64,000 nt of DNA, taken from the NCBI GenBank assembly GCA_030704615.1, contig CM060734.1, positions 62,496,001-62,560,000 on the forward strand, given 5' to 3'. The translations under genes were made by a program, and so were the position numbers. Shown one piece after another: positions 1 to 9,978 of this stretch. The first letter of the stretch is position 1; the number at the start of each line of letters is the position of its first letter. A model generated the notes under the pieces. The model searched no databases, was not told the origin of the DNA, and saw only the letters and a program-made list of their open reading frames with translations. Source of the DNA: Takakia lepidozioides (Eukaryota > Plantae > Bryophyta).

Positions 1-804
1 TGCTCTCAAGTCCACTGGCTCCTTGGCCTGTCTACCACCCAGATACACTGAAGAGAGCCAGGGTTATAAGTTATAAGCCTGCCTGCCATGGTCTTTGCCA
101 ACACCCTTTTACTAAGTTCCATTGATTTCAATTAGGATTGATAAATTTTTGACCAGGGATCAGCGATGCGGTGTTCTATCATAACCAATTCATCCACAAC
201 TCGAGGTTGGTTTCCCTTCGATTTGTTCGAATTGTCTTCATGCCATCTACTACAAGTTTTCTCGGCCCTTCCACAAAAACTTGGACCTGCACAACAGGCA
301 TCTTGAATGGAGAAAACCAAAGGGCCTGAAATCATCTCAATGGCAACCAGCAGCAAAAACTGATTGCTGCCCAAACCCAACTTCCACTTTGCTTGTTCAA
401 CCAAAGCATGAAAAAAATCTGTCAAAAATTGCATAGATTGCAGCAGGGCCTACATGTTCACACAGTAGTCGTCGTCAATGTTCGCTTTGAAGGCCTTTGC
501 TGACTTTGCTGAAATCTTTTCATGGACTGTATCGTACACATGCTCGCTCTAGTCATCCCCTGTCTTAGACCCCAAGGCGTCATTGATACCTCCCTGCAGC
601 ACTTAACCTTCTCTAATCAACCCCTGTAAACAATGCCTCTCTTCAACCTGAACTCAACTGATTGAATGCAGGGACCTCCATATAAGATGCTAAAGATCAA
701 CCAGACCTGTGTCAATAGCATTACCTATGCAATTGTGAGTGACCTAGTAGCAAATAGCTTGGTGATACAAGCATTTTTATATCCGGACAATGACAATGAC
801 AAAC

Positions 805-1830
805 CAATACGCACATGGTCCTTCCAAGTTATGCCATCCCGACCCTCCAAGACCAAGACGCCTGAAGGCAAGACCTCTCGAACCCTCAAAATAACACGTC
901 ATGCAGTCACATCCAAGGTCGTAGGAGCATAGTCACCAGGGTTGAATCTCCGAACCCCAGGACGATAGCCCCCACCACGTATGGTAGCATACCTCAAAGT
1001 ATCACGGTGTTGTGTGATGGCAAGGTTTTCGAAAGCCATGGGCATGACTTTCTTGAACAACTCTGCACGCTGCTCACATGCACGTGCCCACACGTCCGGA
1101 TCGTCAAGGTTAAGAACTACAGCAGCTTCTCTGCGAATGGATGCAGGCAAATCCGGCTCTCGGCCAAAGAGAAGAAAGTATGGTGAGAAGGAGGCAAGTG
1201 ATGCTTGCTTGCTGAACCTGTAGCCCATGGCTAACCAGGGTAACTGAAGGTCCCAATCTCCTAGGTGTCCCTTCTGCAAGCCATACTTGCGCAAACCCCT
1301 ATTTACTGTCTGAACAACTCTCTCTGCCAAGCCATCGGCCTCAGGATGATCCCGAGAAGTGGTGCAGTGGTCTATCAAGGCCTTGTCACACAAAGCCTGA
1401 AACTCCCCCAAGAACTCTCTCCCTTGGTCCGTGAATACCTCAGCTGGAGCACCGAATCGGCTAAGCACACAATCCAAGAATGCATACGCAGCTCCCTCAC
1501 TAGCCTTATCAGGCAATGGAACCAACTCAATCCACTTAGAGAAGTGCTCCACCATCACCAACACGTACTTGTTGTGACGCATGGTCAGTGACAATGGCCC
1601 TGTGAAGTCAAGATTCCATCTGTAGCCCAATCCCATGATCGGAAGAGGGTGCAATTGTGGAGTAGGGGCGTTGAATGAAGCACGCACCCTGTCACATACC
1701 ATGCACCTAGCCACAAATTGTTGCACCTCTGTGTGCATACCACGCCACCAATACTGCCCCTGTAGTAGACTATGAGTGCGTCGCACCCCAAAATGCCCCA
1801 ACTCCTCATGGGCATGCCGCACTAACCGTA
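805..1830 (-). pseudogene. Integrase of the gypsy element, C-terminus truncated
   Basis: HAHEELGHFG...CMVC zinc finger; WNLDF (D), VFTDQGREF (D), GLAERVV (E); SPYFLLFGREP motif. Confidence 0.92.
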
Positions 1831-2259
1831 CCCGCTGTATTGGGTGAGGCACAATCCTCACTCGACCATCCTCCCACACTCGGAGCAGGTGTGTCCCCTC
1901 CGACTTGAACCTCTTGGCTCGTTGTAGGATCCGATCCCTCTCCTTGGCAGTCACAGTGGCTGCAGTGTCTCCAGTGCGGAGGTAGTCCAACACAACTGAA
2001 TCCTCATGTATATCTTTGGCGCCACCTTGCTCATTGCTGGCCTCAGGGTCCTCAGACACTTGATCTACAGTCATCCATGTTGCAGGTCCAACCTGGCCTT
2101 CCGCTGCCAAGATACACAGAAATGCAGATGCATGCCATCCGGGCACCATCTCCTCGTCCGTCTCACTATGCCACCGAGCTCCAGTGTCATCCTGCTGGCT
2201 CGTGCATGGATTGCAACTCAACCCATCTGCATTGCGATTGACCAAACCCGGTCGATGCA

Positions 2260-3460
2260 CCACCTGAAAGTCATACTCTTGAAGGATGAGTGCCCACCGT
2301 GCAAGCTTCCCCGTAAGCTTGTCTGACTCCATCAACCACTTGAGTGGTTGGTGATCCGTGACAAGGGTGAAGAGATTGCCGTATAGATAGCACCTGAAGT
2401 GTGTCACGGCCCACACTGCAGCTAAGCATTCTTCCTCATATGAGCTATACTTAGACTCAGCATGCTCCAATCTGTATGCAGCTAAAAAGGACGCCCCCTG
2501 ATAGGTCGTCTTAAGATGGGCGCCGAGGTCAACCTCGCCTTGAGCTCTTGAAAAGCTTGTTCTTGCTCATCTTCCCACTACCACTCCTGGTCCACCTTGG
2601 TCAGCTTGGTTAGAGCCTTTGCAATGGCACTAAATCCCTTAACAAACCGTCTGTAATAGTTTGCTAACCCCATGAAAGCTCGAACTCGGCTCACATCCGT
2701 GGGGCGTGGAACCTGTGCAATGGACTCTACCTTAGTCTGCTGTACCCCCAATCCTCCAGGATATATCATGTGACCCAGATACTTCAATCTGGTTGTGGAA
2801 AAACTTGCACTTGCCCAGATGTAACTTCAATCCGTGCGTCCTCAAGCGCTCAAATACCCCCTGAAGGTGTCTCTCATGCTCCTCCACCGTAGCACTAAAG
2901 ATGATGATGTCATCTATGTAGCACCGAGCAAACTCTACCCCTGCTAGAATCCTGTCCATGACTCTTTGAAACTCAGCGGGAGCGTTTTTAAGCCTAAATG
3001 GTAAGAACCACCACTGGTATAGGCAATCCTTCCCGTGCTCATTGATCCCCCAGAATGTCGTCTTTTGCTTATCCGCCTCTTTGATCGGCAACTGGTGATA
3101 TCCGGATCGTAAATCCAACGTGCTAAAGACCTTGGAATGCCCAATGGCATCAAAGATCTCCTCTGGTGTCGGCATGGCATATCTATCGGACTTGGTCTGA
3201 CGATTTACAGGCCGGTAATCACCGCACATACGTCTCTCCGTCCAATTGCCATAGACATCCTTCTTGGCTGGCATCACTGTGGCTGAAGCATACTCTCCAC
3301 CAGAGAGCTCCACCAAACCTGCCTCCCAGAGATCTTGAGTCCTCATCTGAATCAAAGACCTCTCCATGTCACTGTATCTATAGGGTCTCCGAAAGATTGG
3401 CGTGTCAGTGGCCAACTCAATACGGATCTCTTGACCCTTCAGTGCTCCCAAGTCCTTCAA
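2260..3460 (-). pseudogene. Reverse transcriptase and RNase H of the gypsy element
   Basis: RRMCGDYRPVN, FSTLDLRSGYHQ, LKNAPAEFQR, YIDDII, KCKFF; frameshift near 2788 to YLGH...FMGLANYYRRFV; RNase H LHTDWS / EEECLAAVWAV / TDHQPL, with an internal deletion near 2460. Confidence 0.92.
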
Positions 3461-3919
3461 ACTGAAGACAAAGCAATTCCTGTAAGCCCTCAGGAACCGC
3501 CGTATACGTCGTCTCTCTCCTCCGGTGACAATGGGTCCAATGTCAGGCTCCCAATTGTCCTCCGTAACTGCAACCTTAAGTCCAGTGCGCTTAGAGATAG
3601 AGGATGCGTCCCGTGGTTGCTATGCTGCAACCTCTTGAGCAGTACTCCCTTCCTACTCAGTCAATGACAAGGCCTCATCCTGCCCCATCATCTCATCATT
3701 GAGAACCTCCTCATCCCGAGAAGAATCCCCAACCTCATCCATCACAGCTGCCTTGGCTGCCAACTCCCTCTGAACCTCGAGCACCTCCCACGTGTGCCAT
3801 GGATGTCTACACCCCGTGGTCCTCACCGGCTCGCCCCCACTCGCTGCCTGTACCGTCTCGGTAGGCAGAGAGACCGTCAACTGAAGTGCACTCCGCACTC
3901 TACGTTGCTCAGCCATAGC

Positions 3920-4873
3920 CAAGCTGATAATCCAGGTCAAGCAATTGAGATCCATTGCTTGCCCCAACACCTAACGACGTGATGCCTCAGAAAGAGAAAG
4001 CACCGCCGTGGTCCCAGTGGAAAATCCCATAGCCCGCTCTCGCTCGTCGGCATTAGGCTCCACTAACTGTTGCAACTGGCTATCCCACAAGAGGCCAGGT
4101 CCACCATCCCGAAAAGCATAGGATCCTGGGAAGCTGAGCAGTGTAGGTAATGCTGCTCGTGGTTGACCCACCCTGTTGACCACTGCCAAAGGCGAACGGT
4201 CATCGTGTCTCACACGTTGAGACTGCCTCCCTGTGTCCAAAATGTCATCCACGGTGAGGTGTGCTGGCCGCTGTACCCCATCAAATGCACGCTTGAGTAG
4301 TGCGGGTGGCATCAAGTTAGTCCACCAAAGCCGTGGACGATGAGCCCGTGACCCCACTGCAGCTGCATCCAGCAACACTGCTGACCCAAGCCACGACCGG
4401 ACTTGATGCACACTGGCCATCACCCTGGGCCAAGAATCATCCATCAGTGGCACATTCTCCAAGATGTATGCTGGAGATACAGCTTGATGAAGCTGCAAGT
4501 GGCGCAAAACCCGCATCATCTCCCAAAACAGACCCGTCCTCGAGTCTCGCAATCCATTGCCATGCCCAGCTGATGAATGCCCTTGGCAGGGCCAACCTGC
4601 CACTACCAGATCAATGGAGCCAACCTGCTCCAAATCCTGCGCCCCCAACAACGAAATGTCTGCTGGCAAGGCTTGTTGGTATCCACGAACTACAGACACT
4701 GGCAACAAAACAGGGTACTGTTGTACCAACTGAGCAACATGACGCAGCGAGACACGTCGTGCAGTCTCATCCCTCTCCACATACAGGTAACGTTGAACTC
4801 GTACACCTGCCTGCAGCACTGCAGCCAATCCAGTGCTGATCCCGCCAAACAAGTCCAGAAAGCATATGCCTTC
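3920..4873 (-). pseudogene. DNMT3-like C5 cytosine DNA methyltransferase domain embedded in Pol
   Basis: Motif I LDLFGGISTG, II YLYVE, IV DLVVAGWPCQGHS (catalytic PC), V GLFWE, VI YILENV, VIII SRAHRPRLWWTNL, IX ERERAMGF, X RR*VLGQAMD. One TAG at 3971-3973 inside the domain. Confidence 0.93.
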
Positions 4874-5269
4874 ATCCGGGCACTGCCACACAAGAGGTAT
4901 GGTGTCCAATGGCGACAATTGGGGTGGTCCTGGTGCAATCACCGCACTCTCCTCCTCTCCTGACGGTACGAAAGCTTCTACCCAAGCTTGTTGCACCCGT
5001 CCATCAGCAGCCTGCTGCAAATCCTTGCTCGTACCCCACAATGGAGTGTGAGCAACCATGGCAGGCAACTCCGCCATACCATGCATGTCATCCTGCTCTG
5101 CTGGAGGTGGCACATCCTCTGCATGGGCATTGCCCTCCAGCAACTCTCCAGGCCAACTAACTGCAGCTGTAAAGGCGGTTAGTGTTGGCATCTTGCCCCG
5201 TTGGGCAGCCGCAATACCCCCGATGAATGTCACAGGGAGCTGTGCACGACGACCATCCCCTGACTGTCA

Positions 5270-6148
5270 TCCAGGCCTGTAGGATGCTGACTCCTCCCAA
5301 AAGTCTAGGGTGAAGCCCATGGGATATAACACTGCCCCACCAACGAGGACATAAGAGACCGCGTCTGTCACAATGGCCTTGGCTCGCATCACTTAGCCAT
5401 CTACAGGATGATCTGCTTGTAGTCCAATGGCCAACTCACGCCGTGTCATGCCCTGAGCCTGCTCTGATCCTCCCAGAGATGTCTGTATGTGGAAAGGACA
5501 AAGCTCCATATCCGCCTCCATGAGGCCCAAACCTGCAATAGCAGCTCTGCCCAACATCAGTGGCTGAGCTCCCGAGTCCAACAAGACCCGCAATGGCCGG
5601 TACTTCTTGCCTGCCGGTCCACTCAAAGAGAAAATGCCATCTTGGTTGTCTAACAAGACAACTCCAGGTGTCACCATGGCGCGCTCAAAGGCTGGCCTAG
5701 CTGGCAGTTCCGTCAACCTGGCAGCTGCAGCTTGCCATGGCGCAGCCGTGGCAGTCTTGACCCTCAAATCTGAGGATCCCTCTGCCACTACACCTTCCAG
5801 TAACTCCGCAGAAGATGAAGTAACCTCCCCACTCTCACAGAGTGTTGCTGCTAGTCTGAACACTGCAGCTGGCCTTACCCCCGGCGTCGCAATCATGGTT
5901 GCCGAGAACAGTGGGGCTTGACACACAGAGGTGGCTGCCCCCAATAACACACCGGCTGCACTAGCCTTGGTAGCAGGTGTCAGTGCTGCACGTGTAGCTC
6001 TCCCCAATGGCATAGTAACCTCCGCCTCGGTAACAGTCGGGCGAGAACTAGGTGCCATGGATGGCGTTGACACAGTCTCCGCCAATGTGAATGACTGAGG
6101 AAGCCTCGCCTGACGGCTTGCCTCCCCACGCTGTGGATCCAATTCCAC
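5270..6148 (-). pseudogene. Retroviral-type aspartic protease region of Pol
   Basis: Active-site RVLLDSGAQ. After an in-frame TAA (5393-5395) the frame continues with YVLVGG, resembling the protease C-terminal D-x-L-L-G motif. Confidence 0.85.
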
Positions 6149-6157
6149 TTCTGCACC

Positions 6158-7817
6158 TCATGGCTCAGGAACTCGTGCTGCTCCTTGAGTCACGGCTGCA
6201 GCAGACTCCACCTGCACTAGTGGTAGTGCTGCTCCGCACATGAATCCCATGCCTCCCATATCTCCTCCCTCAGGAGCAGGAGGTGGACCATCCCGCCTGG
6301 GAGCCGGTACCGCCTGAGCTATAACCATTGCAGCGAGCCTCTGCTCTAGCTGTTGAAGCCGGTTGGCCATGCCTTGGTCAACACCCTGACCACCGCGTCC
6401 TTGGCCATGTTGAGCTTGCCCTTGGCCTGCACCTCGTGCCCGACCACCTCGTCCTCTCTGGGCTGGTCCACCTCGCCCCCGGCCACCATTGTTCCCTTGG
6501 AACTGGCCTGGGCGCAACTCAGGATGCAAGTCATAACACTGGGCATCTCCATGCCCATACTTACCACAATGCCCACACTGCAACTGTGCAGGCTGTGCTT
6601 GTGCCGGCCTTCTGCACTCTCTGGGCAATCTCTCTTGACATGGGGTCCTCCACATGTCCAACATATCACCCTGGTTGTTGTTGGCCTGCAAAAGATGCCA
6701 CGGGCCTCTGCACCTGAGGTCCCCTGTAAGCTCCATGGAACTTGGGCTGGGCAACCTTGCCCCCCTGACCACGCTGTTGGGCAGTACCTTGTGCCTGTGG
6801 GCTGGCAGCTGCGCCTCGTGCAGGCATGTCCTTGCCAAATCCAATGGTAACAACTCGCTCCTCCACCATGTTGAGCTCAATCCGCTCAGCCAGCAGAAAC
6901 ACATCTGCTAATGTGGGTTGGGCTGCTTGTAACAGGGTTGCATCTCACACCCTTCTCTTGAGCTCCTTGTCCAGAATTCCATACCAAAACTGGATTGCCT
7001 GAGCTTCAGTAACCCCTTGGGTCTCATTTATCAAGCGCCTCATACGAGTGTACGCCTCTCGCAGGCTCTCACTAGGTTTGCGCTGGAAGTCTTGCAAACT
7101 TCGCAGCTTCTCTGTCCGTACACCTTGGTAGTTCCTCCGCAACTCCTGGAAGAACTCCACCACCGGGTTGAATCTAGGCACATGTGTTGTAGTTGTGGCA
7201 GGAGGAGTAGTAGCACCTTTTGAACTAGTACCACCTGCAGAAGTACCGGCACTACTTGCTCCACTACTAGTGCTGGCAGTGGGAGATATTGGTACTGATG
7301 CAGCTACTGGTCGCGTCGTGCCTCGAGTAATAGAGACGTAGTCAGGTGACCAATACATCCTCCATTCCTCAATCTCTGCTTCATGTTCTCGCCTGAACTC
7401 GTGGTAATCGTCCATAGGCGAGCCTTCCAAATGCTGGAACAGTCCTTTCCACGCCATGAATGAGGTGAATAGCTGTGGATTGCGCATCTGCTGCAAATCA
7501 CACTAGCTGTCGAACTCCTGGATAAAGTCATCCAACTCGATTGTGCCCACAGCTCCAGAGTACCTACGAGGCCCCTTGGTAGCTCCATACATCTCCTCCA
7601 TGTCATCCCACAACAATGGCGAATGAAACTGCACACCTGTTGATGAAGCCTCCGAGTTTGTGTCTGACTCTGCACTAGTTGAGGGTGGAGGTGAAGGTGG
7701 TCTGAAACGAACACCTCGTCTGGTGAACCCACTCTCACTGCTACTGCCTGTAGCTGTACTCCCCTCAGAACCCCTGGGTAACTCCGTGATGACACTCACA
7801 ATGTGCACCTCCCCCAC
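6158..7817 (-). pseudogene. gag region with two CCHC-type zinc knuckles (stops and two frameshifts)
   Basis: ORFs 7503-7817, 6945-7496 and 6666-6902 share one frame (retrotransposon-gag-like 'FQRKPSESLREAYTRMRRL'). CWTCGGPHVKRDC is in the 6669 frame and CGHCGKYGHGDAQC in the 6904 frame. RG-rich tail follows. Confidence 0.8.
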
Positions 7818-8030
7818 GTGACACTATAAGGCTCTATTACTAATTTTAATAGTGACACGGGTAGGTACCTGTTGCAGTTTAAGGGTCATATCCCAGTGGC
7901 TCAGGGCACCTGCACCTGCATCCACCGCAAGAACTCCTATGGTTGGCTGGTCATCAACCCAGTCTCACCATAGAAGAAACACTGGTGGTCTTGCTGGTCA
8001 TCACTCCAGCCTCACCACTGACAACATACT

Positions 8031-8747
8031 CTAGGAAGCAGATCTGCAAACAATGCATCTCAAAATTTGAGGGTTTGCAACATCCACAGGGAGATTATCA
8101 TTCACAACAAAGAATCCCCAACAAACGCTATTCCGATTATGCGGTTTCCAAAAACCAGCTTGAAGGTGCATCGCTGCCAGATGTGCTGCATCCCCATCAA
8201 CTTGCAGGTTCACCTCACCACGCTCAGTCAAACTCACAAAGGTTCAGGATGTGAGATTGTTGAGCTTCCCCAATGCCCATGGCATTAACGCTACCTCCCT
8301 CCTCTCCGTACATCTATGAAAAACAGATTCAAAGCAAACATGTGTGACAAATTTAAAGCGAAACGATCTGTTCATAGTTCATATACCTGAAGCCTAACTA
8401 GACATCGTATTCATGCTCTAGATACTGATGTAGCTTGCAGCTGATTCATTGAATGGCTTCAATGGAGAGACGGCGCTAGAAACGCAGCTGCGTTGTGTGA
8501 GCAGGAACGTGTCTTATACATAACTGTAACCGCTCTAGGGGGTCAAAACGCCTTACTAATCCGGGTATACAGTGTAGTGCTAACCTTGATATAGGGTACA
8601 TATACATATACATACTCACCTCCCAACCGTCGGTTATCTATTTGCTCTATTTTATAGAAATACCCTGTATGCGGTTATGTATACCTATTAACCGGGGTGA
8701 TAACCGACTCACTAACCGGGGTAGAGTGCTATACCCAGCCAACACTC
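8031..8747 (-). mobile_element. Terminus and BED-finger-like N-terminal transposase remnant of a hAT-like DNA transposon, apparently interrupted by the gypsy element
   Basis: Terminus CCAACACTC ending 8747 resembles the termini of the hAT MITEs at 25847 and 62735. ORF 8031-8237 has CWGFF...LRCIVC, a BED-finger-like W-x-F-F...C-x2-C pattern. Confidence 0.55.
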
Positions 8748-9664
8748 GTATGTACATATAAACCCTAAAATCCTTGGAAATCACAAAGAAGCAAGGGATG
8801 AAAAGGGGCTGGTGAGGTGGTTAACGCACAGACACGAGAAAGCCTAGTAACACGAACTCTCCATCCATAGCTGCCTACAACTACTCGGGTTCAAAGCATG
8901 TATCCTTTCGTTGGCCTATGACAGTGGTGGTATTATTCGCTGTAACTGAATTGAAGCCTATAAAGTTGAATTCAAAGAAGGATAGTGCACAGAGAGGACC
9001 TTGAGCAAAGATGCCATCGCAGAAGCGGATTAATCAGAGTGCAGCACCTATGTTGCTCTATTTGATGCCACAGCTGAGGAGGTACCGTCAGCTTTGCTTG
9101 CTTGATTTACTTGCAACGTCATGAACAAGCTGCACAATTACTTCGTAGCACGGCTGTACCTTCGGAATGTGGAAGCGGTGCCATTTATGCGGAACCCCTA
9201 GAAGATTACATAGTCAAGTGGCTTTGTGAATCTGTGTGAAGTGTATGTTTTCTATGTTGATCTCTATCACATGGTGCCAGGAATGAAATGCTTTGGCTCT
9301 AATTACTGAATTCTTTTTCTGAACCCTACGTTCATGCTTGTGCCCACTCCACTCAAATTTTTGTCTAAAATTGATTCGCTTGTGATGCTTGCCAGCACTG
9401 ACTTGTTATTAGAAAGGCTTCTCCTGCCAGTCTTTACCTCATTGAGAAGGCACACCGTCTCCTACAATGGAGCGAGTGACAGAAGCATCCGGCTGGTTCA
9501 CTTTCAGGACGAAATAATCTCGGCTACCAGCAGTGTTCCAAGAGTGGCCGGCAATCACCACAACTTAGCTTTCTCTCTCAGTAGTAGAATCGTTGCCTCC
9601 GCATCAAAAATACTCCTCCAAGCTATCTAGGAATGACAATATCTCTTCAGCCTGCTGGCAATTC

Positions 9665-9960
9665 AGTTAGTGCTCACCGTTCACCTCTCGAGCCTGACGA
9701 GGCCGAGGTGAATTGGAGACATAGACGTAGTCTTAGGAAGGCTCAATCTTTTGATGCCCCCCAAAGGAAGAGAGGCAGCATGTAGTGTATCTGTAGAGTA
9801 TCTGTAGTGCAGACTGCTGACTTAGTAGCTCTTACCTTCCTTGGTTACTCCTTCTCCTCCACCTTTCTCTCTCCCTCCTTCTCGTGAACTGTTGGCTTTG
9901 AGTGGAATCTCGATGCTCTCCCTTCATGGCTTTGTAAGGTTATTTTTTCCTTACCATTTA
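9665..9960 (+). mobile_element. 3' end fragment of an L1-like LINE
   Basis: Homologous to 16520-16975 (GAGGT-AATTGGAG-CATAG-CG-AGTCTTAGGAAGG ... CCTTCATGGCTTTGTAAGGTTATTTTT), which follows L1 RT-like sequence. Confidence 0.65.
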
Positions 9961-9978
9961 CCGTACCTACGATGGAGA

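Larger units (their letters stand above)
805..8025 (-). mobile_element. Decayed Ty3/gypsy retrotransposon, gag-PR-DNMT-RT-RH-INT, 3' truncated, LTR pair not recoverable
   Basis: Domain order on the - strand: zinc knuckles, VLLDSGAQ protease, C5-MTase, RT (LDLRSGYHQ, YIDDII), RNase H (LVTDHQPLKWL), integrase (HHCC + DDE). RT-RH-INT order is gypsy-type. Multiple stops and frameshifts. Outer boundaries approximate. Confidence 0.93.

Noticed and set aside
132-434. 100-aa ORF, with a faint hAT dimerisation-like peptide in another frame (similar hint at 23790-23900)
   Set aside because: Too degenerate to support without a profile search.
7818-8025. Candidate 5' LTR and PBS of the gypsy element
   Set aside because: TG...CA candidates exist, but there is no second copy (3' end lost near 805) and no recognisable tRNA PBS.
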